Source: Octopus sinensis | Taxonomy: Eukaryota | Length of the DNA: 10,806 nucleotides | Direction of reading: 5' to 3' | Assembly: GCF_006345805.1 (NCBI RefSeq) | Contig: NW_021827225.1 | Span: 1 to 10,806, forward strand | Part shown: piece by piece, positions 1 to 7,111 of the stretch | Numbering within the stretch: position 1 is the stretch's first letter | Layout of the letters: each line of letters begins with the position of its first letter | The notes under the pieces: generated by a model | What the model was told of the DNA's origin: nothing | Databases searched by the model: none | The model's input: only the letters and a program-made list of their open reading frames with translations | Made by a program: the position numbers and the translations under genes

Positions 1-10
1 TTGTTACTAA

Positions 11-125
11 TGCGCCAAAATGGCAGAATCATTAGCATGCCGGTTAAAATGCTTGGCAGCATTCCGTCCGTCTTTACGATGTGAGTTCAAATTCCGCCGG
101 CGTTGACTTTAACTTACACCCTTTC
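11..125 (+). mobile_element. tRNA-derived SINE family A, 5' half only
   Basis: TGGCAGAATCATTAGCATGCCGG (A-box region) and GAGTTCAAATTCCGCC (B-box) match the copy at 2556-2790. Homology stops at about 125, where an antisense LINE fragment begins. Confidence 0.8.
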
Positions 126-367
126 TGTCATGTCTTGCTTTATATTCTACAGGTGCTAAGACTCTACACCCTGAGATTGGGTGATCTATAGTTTCAATCT
201 CATCGTTACAGAATCGGCACTTTGAGCCAGCGCCATTTTTTATCACATTGGCTTGGTAGTTCCGGGTTAATAAGCTTTGGTCTTGAGCAGTTAAATATGA
301 AGCCTCCACTCTCTGCTTTTAACTCTGAGCTTCGTAACCATTGATGCGCGTGTTTCTGGTCGACATT
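122..367 (-). mobile_element. R4/Dong-like non-LTR retrotransposon fragment (CCHC zinc-knuckle region upstream of the RLE)
   Basis: The minus strand reads NVDQKHAHQWLRSSELKAE, then after one frameshift TAQDQSLLTRNYQANVIKNGAGSKCRFCNDEIETIDHPISGCRVLAPVEYKARHD. This has the AQDQ-L-TR-Y, CxxC-ET-H-SGC and RHD motifs of RLE-type LINEs. Confidence 0.85.
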
Positions 368-392
368 TCTTCTTCTTCTTCTTCTTCTTCTT

Positions 393-491
<99 letters not shown>

Positions 492-493
492 TA
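367..493. repeat. Compound microsatellite (TTC)n(TTA)n
   Basis: Direct reading; abuts the 5'-truncated end of the LINE fragment. Confidence 0.98.
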
Positions 494-530
494 CTTAGTG
501 CCGCATTTAATGCGCTGTGAGTATATGTAT

Positions 531-590
531 AGCACCATATGACACAGTGTGACACCGCGTGACACCGTGCGACACCATATGACACCGTGC
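531..590. repeat. 10-bp minisatellite, about 6 units (GACACCRTRY-like)
   Basis: Units: agcaccatat, gacacagtgt, gacaccgcgt, gacaccgtgc, gacaccatat, gacaccgtgc. Confidence 0.85.
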
Positions 591-967
591 GGGGAACAGT
601 GCGACAAAAAAGGAAATGGGGTTAGTAATTCATACGAAAAGATCCATCTGGTCCTGTAACACAATGGTCGGGAAACATTTGCCGCCAATTTTACTTTCAC
701 ATATTAGTTTTTTTTTTAAAGGGGTGGGATAAGTTTTGTGTAGAAAGGGACCTTAGTTAACAACACATAAGTTGCTCTCCTCCTATCTCTCTCTCCCGCC
801 TTCTCTCATACACATACATACACATACGTACACACACGCACACGTGTAACATATAATGTATAAATGTGTATGTATATGGGTTTGTTCTTGACATTTATTT
901 GTTAAATTTCATAAAAGAAACTCCCTTAACAATACATACTTTCCTTCTCTTCCTCTCTGTCACCTCT

Positions 968-1014
968 TTCTCTCTCTCTCTCTTTATACAAACATACATA
1001 CATACATACATACA

Positions 1015-1066
<52 letters not shown>
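968..1066. repeat. Compound microsatellite (CT)n(CATA)n(TA)n
   Basis: Direct reading. Confidence 0.95.
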
Positions 1067-1103
1067 TCATGTCATACGTATATATGCGATTTTGTGTAAA
1101 TAA

Positions 1104-1144
1104 CAACAGCAATAATAATGTTGATAATAATAATAATAATGATA

Positions 1145-1213
<69 letters not shown>
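1104..1213. repeat. (TAA)n microsatellite
   Basis: Direct reading; immediately 5' of the LINE fragment. Confidence 0.98.
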
Positions 1214-1214
<1 letters not shown>

Positions 1215-1745
1215 GTGCCTTGAAACAAGTATGGACTTGACTGAGCAAAAGATTGGTACGACCACAAACCCGAAGGCATCATCGAAAATCATAATGCAAA
1301 GATCCTGTGGGATTTTATGATTCAGTGCGACCATGAGATCGAGAATAGAAAGCCAGATTTAGTCGTAATTGAGAAAGAAAGCAAACTATGCTGGATCATA
1401 GATATAGCATGCCCAGCTGACAACAAGGTATGCGATAAAAACGAAAGAAAAGTCGATAGATATGACAGGTTAGCTTGGGAGGTAAAGCAGCTCTGGTTGA
1501 TGAAAAAGCTGGTAGTGGTACCAATACTTGTCGGAGACCTGGGAACAGTGAGCAAAAATCTCGAGAAGTTCATGGAATAAACAGGGGCTGCAATAAAGGC
1601 GGAGCACTTGCAGAAAACAGCATTGTTTGGAACCGCCCGAATACTCCACAAAGTGCTCGAAAAATAAGAGGTCTCACCTTAGTTCTCTGGTAGGGAACAA
1701 CTGACACCGTGGTACATCTCCAGCGTTAGAAGCTGTGCAAAGGCA
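1215..1745 (+). mobile_element. 5'-truncated R4/Dong-like LINE 3' end: restriction-like endonuclease (PD-(D/E)xK) plus 3' UTR
   Basis: One frame reads NKYGLD*AKDWYDHKPEGIIENHNAKILWDFMIQCDHEIENRKPDLVVIEKESKLCWIIDIACPADNKVCDKNERKVDRYDRLAWEVKQLWLMKKLVVVPILVGDLGTVSKNLEKFME*TGAAIKAEHLQKTALFGTARILHKVLEK*. There are two premature stops; the terminal TAA is at 1665-1667. A ~78-nt UTR follows, then (ATG)n(ATA)n. Confidence 0.93.
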
Positions 1746-1766
1746 ATGATGATGATGATGATGATG

Positions 1767-1825
<59 letters not shown>

Positions 1826-1872
1826 TAATGATAATAATAATAATAATAATAATAATTATAATAATAATAATT
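1746..1872. repeat. (TGA)n/(TAA)n microsatellite
   Basis: Direct reading; lies between the LINE tail (+) and a SINE tail (-). Confidence 0.97.
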
Positions 1873-1878
1873 GTAATA

Positions 1879-2075
1879 GTTTGAAATTTTGGTCCAAGAC
1901 CTGCAGTTTCCGGGGAGTCGAATACATTGATCCCAGTGTTCAACTGGTACTTCTTTTATCGACCCCGAAGGAATGAAAGGCAAAGTCAATCTAGCCTGAA
2001 TGTGAGCTCAGAACGTAAAGTTGGACGAAATGCTGCCGTCCTCATTTCGTCCGGCGTGTTAATGATTCTGCCAGC
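1879..2075 (-). mobile_element. SINE family A, near full length
   Basis: The reverse complement has GCTGGCAGAATCATTAACACGCCGG, TACGTTCTGAGCTC, the central GACTTTGCCTTTCATTCCTTCGGGGTCGATAAAAGAAGTACCAG block, and a tail GGTCTTGGACCAAAATTTCAAAC running into (ATT)n. Confidence 0.88.
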
Positions 2076-2089
2076 AAGAATAAAAATTC

Positions 2090-2304
2090 TTTCTAATTTT
2101 GGCATAAAGCCAACAGTTTTAGTTGAAAGAGCAAGACCATTCTAACGACCCCGGCTCACGACAGCTATTTCATTTCATCGACCACGAAAGGATGGATGGC
2201 AAAGATGACCCCGGCAGGATTTGAACTCACAACGTAATAAGCCAAAATAAATGTCGTTAAGCATTTTGTTCGATGCGCTAACGATTCTGCTCGCTCAATG
2301 CCTT
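2090..2304 (-). mobile_element. SINE family A, diverged copy
   Basis: The reverse complement has GCAGAATCGTTAGCGCATCG, GAGTTCAAATCCTGCC, CTTTGCCATCCATCCTTTCGTGGTCGATGAAA and a degenerate tail. Confidence 0.8.
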
Positions 2305-2365
2305 AATTATTATTATTACTAATTATTATTATGATGATGACGTCGACGACGACGACGATGATGAT

Positions 2366-2450
2366 AAAGATTTGTGGCACAACAGCACCAAATTATTGAA
2401 GAGAACATTCGATCACATTGATTTTCCTAATTCTTGGTTCTACTTTGTTT
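2366..2450 (-). mobile_element. Probable degraded SINE family A tail fragment
   Basis: tttgtggcacaacagcaccaaatt...cgatcacattga resembles the tail at 1879-1935; the similarity is weak. Confidence 0.4.
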
Positions 2451-2555
2451 TGTTTTTTTTAATGCTTTGAAATGCAATTGCTCAAGTATATTTGAAAATC
2501 GATAGACAAAGTCGATACCAACAACATCATATAAGCAATATTAGATAAAGCATAA

Positions 2556-2790
2556 GGCGGTGAGCTGGTAAGAAATGTTAGCACGCCAGGCGAAATGCTT
2601 AGCAGTATTTCGTCTGCTATTACGTTCTGAGTTCAAATTCCGCCGAGGTTGACTTTGCATTTCATCCTTTCTGGGTCGATTAAATAAGTACCAGTTACGC
2701 ACTGGGATCGATATAATCGACTTAATCCATTTGTCTGTCCTTGTTTGTCCTCTGTGTTTAGCCCCTTGTGGGTAGTAAAGAAACAGGTAT
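2556..2790 (+). mobile_element. SINE family A, full length with alternative 3' tail
   Basis: AGGCGGTGAGCTGG head, GAGTTCAAATTCCGCC B-box, central block GACTTTGCATTTCATCCTTTCTGGGTCGATTAAATAAGTACCAG, tail TTTGTCTGTCCTTGTTTGTCC...AGCCCCTTGTGGGTAGTAAAGAAAC. Confidence 0.92.
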
Positions 2791-2878
2791 TTCGTCTGTC
2801 TTTACGTTCTGAGTTCAAATTCCGCCGAGGTCGGTACCAGTTGCGTACTGGGGTCGATCTAATTGACTACCCCTCTCC
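2788..2878 (+). mobile_element. Tandem partial second unit of SINE A with an internal deletion
   Basis: Restarts at GTATTTCGTCTG, repeats TACGTTCTGAGTTCAAATTCCGCCGAGGT, then jumps directly to GTACCAGTT, skipping the central block. Confidence 0.85.
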
Positions 2879-3344
2879 TTAGAGTAGAAAAGAATATTAG
2901 ATAAATCATTAGATATCTCCTACAGTTTTTGACTTACAGAATAGCTCCATATAGTGCGTACCTCTTCTCAAATACTAAATGAAAGTAGTGAACTACTTTC
3001 GGCCTGCCGGCACATGGTCATATGCTTTCTGGATGGAAAACAGAATAAAGGGCTTCCAGATTCATGAGAAATAATAGTTAACTTCAAAAGATCACGTGGT
3101 TCCTTGAAAACGTAACTGTCACGATTAACATGATAATCTGTCTTTTTTCTTCTTTTTTTTTTTTTTGTAAATCACTGATATATATACAGTCGATCAATGT
3201 GAACAGGCGGATTAAGAGAAGCTCTGATTCAAAAATACAATCCTTGATTATCATAAACAGAATATACATATATCTCAATTCCAAGAGTGCACTTTTATGT
3301 CTTTGTACTGTATTCATCCATTCAACCATGTGTCCATTCATCCA

Positions 3345-3352
3345 TCTGTTTA

Positions 3353-3449
<97 letters not shown>
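3345..3449. repeat. Compound microsatellite (TCTG)n(TC)n(TA)n
   Basis: Direct reading. Confidence 0.96.
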
Positions 3450-3676
3450 TGTGAAATAGAAAGATGAATAATCTTGTTGCAGATTAATCAAAAGTTTAAC
3501 CGATACCTTGGTAGCAAAAATCACAGCAGAAGACAGACGAAGACGCACGGTGGAGGACAACCATCTGGTGTTGCAAACCATGCGGCGTTGGTGCGGATAA
3601 TTGAATTTTAATATTATTAGTGAATTGAAGAAGAAATGGAGTTGAACGAAGATTGAACAGAAATCGTTTTATTGCA

Positions 3677-3756
3677 TTCTACACGTGTTTCGAAAGCCAC
3701 AATTTACCAAATTCCGATTGAATAAGGAGACCATATTGTGTCTTTCTCTTCAGGAA
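3677..3756 (-). ncRNA. Type I hammerhead ribozyme motif, intact core
   Basis: Minus strand: TTC-CTGAAGA-GAAAGACACAAT-[31 nt]-ATTGTGGCTTTC-GAAA-CACGTG-TA-GAA. This gives a CUGANGA core, a 12-bp stem II with one mismatch, GAAA, a palindromic stem III (ACACGTGT), a GUA cleavage triplet and a 3-bp stem I. Predicted cut between 3680 and 3679. Confidence 0.8.
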
Positions 3757-4119
3757 GAAATAGGAAATCCGTTGGAAAGAACGTTGGAAAAATACTGGGG
3801 GTATAGTTATAAATAAGGGTGATGCCATTGACGGTAACGATGGCAGTAGTGAGGTGAGCGCAGCTCGGCTCGTTAGGGTAGAGAGTCCCAATAGCAACTC
3901 CAGCATCGTTTCCGGCAATAGCAGCACCACGGGCACTAGCAATGACAGCACTCTGAGTGATAGTGTAGAATCAGGGGTTATTCCGTTAGTTAATAGTGAC
4001 GTAGTGGAAAATAGAGTAGTAAACGGCTGCAGTTCTCGCAACAAATATAGTAACAGTAACGCAGTTCTAATTTCAGAAACTAATCCTAATAGAATAAGGT
4101 TCACGTCGGTGAACTCCAA

Positions 4120-4492
4120 GATCAGAAACGCCTTCTACCAATGCAAGGTTTTACACGGACTCAGATGTCTAGTTATGTCGGGGCCTCATCGTCAAGATTG
4201 GCCTTACGAATCTCCACCATTACGCAACTTTTCGAGACGTGAATAAATGCCAGACCACGGAAACTTAGCAAGCTAATATGGCGATTGAAGAATACGAACT
4301 CAAGCTCCAGGCTGGAATGGTCAATTTTGTCGGTGGCCCTCCCATTTGAAGGGGCAGCAGAAGGAAGTGCAACCTTTGTGTCTCCGAACTCTTCCATATA
4401 TCGTTCGCCAGAGACCGGATGGTAAACGGACTTTTACAGTCGGCTTTTCGATGCCCCATTGGCGGCGTTATACTTATCTTGCTTATAAATAA
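4120..4492 (+). pseudogene. GIY-YIG endonuclease of PLE type, five frameshifts
   Basis: Manual reconstruction: IRNAFYQCKV(F)TRTQMSSYVGASSSRLALRIS(N)HYATFRDVNKCQTTELSKLIWRLKNTNSSSRLEWSILSVALPFEG(G)SRRKCNLCVSELFHISFARDRMVNGLLQSAFRCP(H)WRRYTYLAYK*. FY is at 4133-4138, YVG at 4174-4182, conserved R at 4207, CNLC at 4368-4379, E at 4386, N at 4425, stop at 4490-4492. Confidence 0.82.
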
Positions 4493-4697
4493 CGCTTAAA
4501 ATAATACCTGCACCCGGTTACAACTACTTATATGAAAATAGCCCTTGGAAATAAATTTTTGAAAAAGCTTTTAAGAGAAATATGATTAACCATTGCAGGG
4601 GAATTACTCCTGGGAGACGAATGGTGTTTTTGTTTTGACGACGGGGGGTTTCTTTGACAAGGCATGATTAGACGAACACACGCACACATTTTTAACA

Positions 4698-4900
4698 GGA
4701 TTTTACAGCAGTGACCTTGTGTAGGGCTGTTTACCAACTGACGGCCGCGCGATCAAACGCACATACGAACACATAAAATATTTTCTACCCCCTGACGGAT
4801 TTCTCAGCAGTGACCAGAGTGTAGCGCTAGCGCTCTTACCAACTTGCGGCCGCGCATATATAGAACAGTACACACACATGTTTCAATATTTTTGTCTCGC
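4698..4900. repeat. Imperfect ~99-bp direct tandem repeat (2 units) in the PLE 3' region
   Basis: GGATTT..CAGCAGTGACC...GTGTAG.GCT...TTACCAACT..CGGCCGCGC occurs at 4698-4750 and 4797-4855; each is followed by a CA-rich stretch and AATATTTT. Confidence 0.8.
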
Positions 4901-5148
4901 CCCATATAATACACCTAATATTCTTTAAATAGTCAGAACTTTAGTCTCGGTCACAAAGAACATCTAAGCACCCGCGCTCTCACCCACCGGAATGACCGCT
5001 GCCTGACCTGTTAAAATCTTCAACGCACCCACCACCCGTTTTCAACATACATTGATAACAGTTTGGCCATGGGCTCTTAGGAGCCTCGTTCGATTTGTTT
5101 TGCTCCGCCTCTGTTCTGTTTTTGTTTTTCCAACGGATTTCCTATTTC

Positions 5149-5230
5149 TTCCTGAAGAGAAAGACACAATATGGTCTCCTTATTCAATCGGAATTTGGTA
5201 AATTGTGGCTTTCGAAAAACACGTGTAGAA
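5149..5230 (+). ncRNA. Hammerhead motif, second copy, core disrupted (GAAAAAC instead of GAAAC)
   Basis: TTC 5149-5151, CTGAAGA 5152-5158, stem II 5159-5170/5202-5213, GAAAAAC 5214-5220, ACGT-GTA-GAA 5221-5230, AATAAA 5234-5239. Confidence 0.75.
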
Positions 5231-5266
5231 TGCAATAAAACGATTTCTGTTTCTTCAAATTCACTA

Positions 5267-5283
5267 ATATATAGATATATATA

Positions 5284-5332
<49 letters not shown>

Positions 5333-5337
5333 TATAT
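5267..5337. repeat. (TA)n microsatellite at the PLE right end
   Basis: Direct reading. Confidence 0.96.
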
Positions 5338-5473
5338 ACTCTCTTATTCTTTCTCTCTCTCTCTCTGTATATATCAAATGGATATCTTATAAAACTATTC
5401 CGCACACACAATGATAGCCATACCAACAATCCAGCATACCTCCATACATACATATATACATGTATTAAGAGCG

Positions 5474-5530
5474 AGAGAGAGAGAGGAGAGAGAGAGGGGG
5501 GAGAGAGAGAGAGACGAAGACAGAGACAGA
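5474..5530. repeat. (GA)n-rich microsatellite
   Basis: Direct reading. Confidence 0.9.
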
Positions 5531-5598
5531 TCGAAAGCATGAGTGCGCATGTGTGATATTGAAAATACGCATTTGTGCACACACACACACTTATACTA

Positions 5599-5800
5599 CG
5601 AGGGTATTCTGAAAAGTTCCTGGCTTTGAGTAAAAGAAAATACAGAAGGATCAGTTAATTGTGATATTATTCGACATACCTCCCTCTCAGACTCACACTT
5701 TTATTGCAACGGTCCTTCAGTAAAACAACTCGGAAGGTTGGGCCTCCAATCAGGCCTTTCGCGACATCCTTAAAGCCAGGAGTCTTTCAACACACCATCG
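5599..5800. mobile_element. Tc1/mariner-type MITE, 202 bp
   Basis: Left end TA|CGAGGGTATTCTGAAAAGTTCCTGGCTTT; reverse complement of the right end TA|CGATGGTGTGTTGAAAGACTCCTGGCTTT (24/31 identical including the TA). TA flanks both sides (5597-5598, 5801-5802). No coding capacity. Confidence 0.8.
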
Positions 5801-5949
5801 TATGTATGCGTGTGTGCGTGGATATCTGTGTGTTGTGTGTGTATGTGAAAATACTATAATGCATTGCTATGAATATCAAAATAAAATGAAGCCTTGTCAT
5901 GCTGGATGAAGCTCACTACACACTTTCTTCTCGTTCTTGTCTTTTGCAG

Positions 5950-7026
5950 GTGATGCACTGAAACTGCTGATGCAGAAAATGCACAACAAGTTCACCTACT
6001 CCGACTTGTATCGCTATCACTTCCTGCACAGCGCAGACCTGATGGTTAACAGCAGCAACAGCAACAACGGCCTCAACGGCACCTCCTCGTTAGGGGTCAC
6101 CTCTGATGGACCGCTAGGGGATAGACATTCAGATGCTAATACAGCCGATGCAATGGCGGCAACTGCTGCTGCCACTGCTGCCGCTGCTGCTGCCGCAACG
6201 GCAGCAGCGGCCGCAGCAGCAAATAATCACGTCCCGACTTCGATGGATCTCTCCTATGGGCAGCATTTCTGGAATTCCACCCAACTGTGCCATTTTCTTG
6301 GATCGAAATATAATAGTAAACCTCTTCTTGGAGACGCCGACCGGTTATTCCGAGAGGGACTCGGTGTTATTGGAGGGATTGGTAGTCTTGGCAACGCATT
6401 GGGTATCACTGCAGCTTCGCCCACTAGAGGTCGCTGCTTCAGTTCCCATGCGGTCAGTCAGTTGGCTGCCAGAGCCGTGGGATTGTCGACCGGCGCCGGT
6501 TTGTCATCAGGCGTCACTGGTGTTAGTGGTTCGGCGTCGGTAGGTGGAGGTGACGGTGCTACCACCCTCGGTCTCATCGGAGCGATGTCGGCCGCTGCTA
6601 GCCGAGTCCCCGGTGGCGGCGAGGCGGCACACCTGATCCGTGTCGCCGACGCGCACATAGGTGGAGCCAGTGTTGTGCTCAGCGGAGACGAAGGACCGTT
6701 CGAGTGTGTCAAGTGCTTGAAACGTTTCACAACCCCACACGGCCTCGAGGTGCACGTGCGCCGCTCTCACAGCGGCAAGCGGCCTTACGCCTGTGATGTG
6801 TGTAGCAAAACTTTTGGCCACTCCGTGTCTCTATCGCAACACCGGACCGTGCACACCCAAGAGAAAACATTTCGATGTCAGCAGTGCGGCAAGTGTTTTA
6901 AACGGTCCTCAACACTCAGTACTCATCTGCTCATACACAGTGATACACGACCCTACCCCTGCCCCTATTGTGGGAAGCGCTTCCACCAGAAATCCGACAT
7001 GAAGAAACACACATATATACACACAG
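5950..7026 (+). CDS. gfi1: Internal coding exon of a Gfi1/senseless-family C2H2 zinc-finger transcription factor (fingers 1-4)
   Basis: Open frame with [64 protein letters not shown] and [57 protein letters not shown] and [11 protein letters not shown] are Gfi1-family signatures. A polypyrimidine tract and CAG acceptor end at 5949; the donor AG|GTAAGT is at 7026/7027. Both introns are phase 1. Confidence 0.93.
6152..6222 (+). repeat. Poly-alanine tract (imperfect GCN repeat) within the exon
   Basis: Encodes [23 protein letters not shown]. Confidence 0.95.
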
Positions 7027-7111
7027 GTAAGTAATCAAAACGCTAACAGCAATGTTATTTTCTTTGTTTTTGCTTTTATAATATCTATGTCTTTAAATTC
7101 TATGCACACTT

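Larger units (their letters stand above)
3615..5269 (+). mobile_element. Penelope-like element (PLE) remnant with inverted pseudo-LTRs
   Basis: 3615-3778 is the reverse complement of 5127-5269, apart from a ~24-nt indel and small A-run differences. Each arm contains an HHR motif followed by AATAAA, reading outward. The interior encodes a frameshifted GIY-YIG endonuclease. The right end abuts (TA)n. Confidence 0.85.

Noticed and set aside
531-590. Regular short repeats as a CRISPR array.
   Set aside because: The units are contiguous 10-mers with no spacers, and the context is a eukaryotic intron.
122-1745. The two LINE fragments as one twin-primed (5'-inverted) insertion: the minus fragment ends at RHD and the plus fragment starts shortly after that motif.
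   Set aside because: About 850 bp of unrelated sequence separates them, and the missing 3' half of the interrupted plus-strand SINE is not found after the LINE tail.
984-1989. ORFs with poly-Y, poly-I and poly-L runs (984-1334, 1067-1282, 1674-1943, 1726-1989) and similar ORFs at 3130-3459, 5184-5588, 9606-10019 and 10496-10687.
   Set aside because: They are translations of microsatellites that lack stop codons.
2981-3000. Perfect 8-bp hairpin GAAAGTAG-TGAA-CTACTTTC, with GGCCGAAA on the minus strand, resembling half a hammerhead.
   Set aside because: No CUGANGA-like core or stem I at the required position.
3679-4119. 146-aa Leu-rich minus-strand ORF resembling a membrane protein.
   Set aside because: Antisense shadow of the Ser/Asn-rich plus frame; no family motif.
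4265-4459. MGHRKADCK resembling a Gag zinc knuckle (GHxxxxC).
   Set aside because: The upstream CxxC is absent, and the segment is the antisense of the GIY-YIG CPH region.
4120-5130. Selenocysteine recoding with a SECIS, as reported for some PLE clades.
   Set aside because: The repaired endonuclease needs no in-frame UGA, and no SECIS-like motif was recognised.
3615-5269. The inverted arms read as TIRs of a DNA transposon.
   Set aside because: No TSD or transposase; the arms contain HHR and poly(A) signals and the interior is a PLE-type GIY-YIG.
5937-5949. ORF-track start 'M' of the 365-aa ORF.
   Set aside because: It is a TTG inside the polypyrimidine tract; the exon starts at 5950. The terminal GK* likewise reads through the splice donor.
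6489-6510. Minus-strand CTGATGA next to the palindrome ACCGGCGCCGGT inside the exon.
   Set aside because: No GAAA after the stem and no cleavage-site or stem I match; explained by coding sequence.
6133-7002. Overlapping ORFs 6133-6543, 6458-6730, 6507-6821 and 6793-7002.
   Set aside because: Alternative frames of a GC-rich exon with no recognisable motifs.
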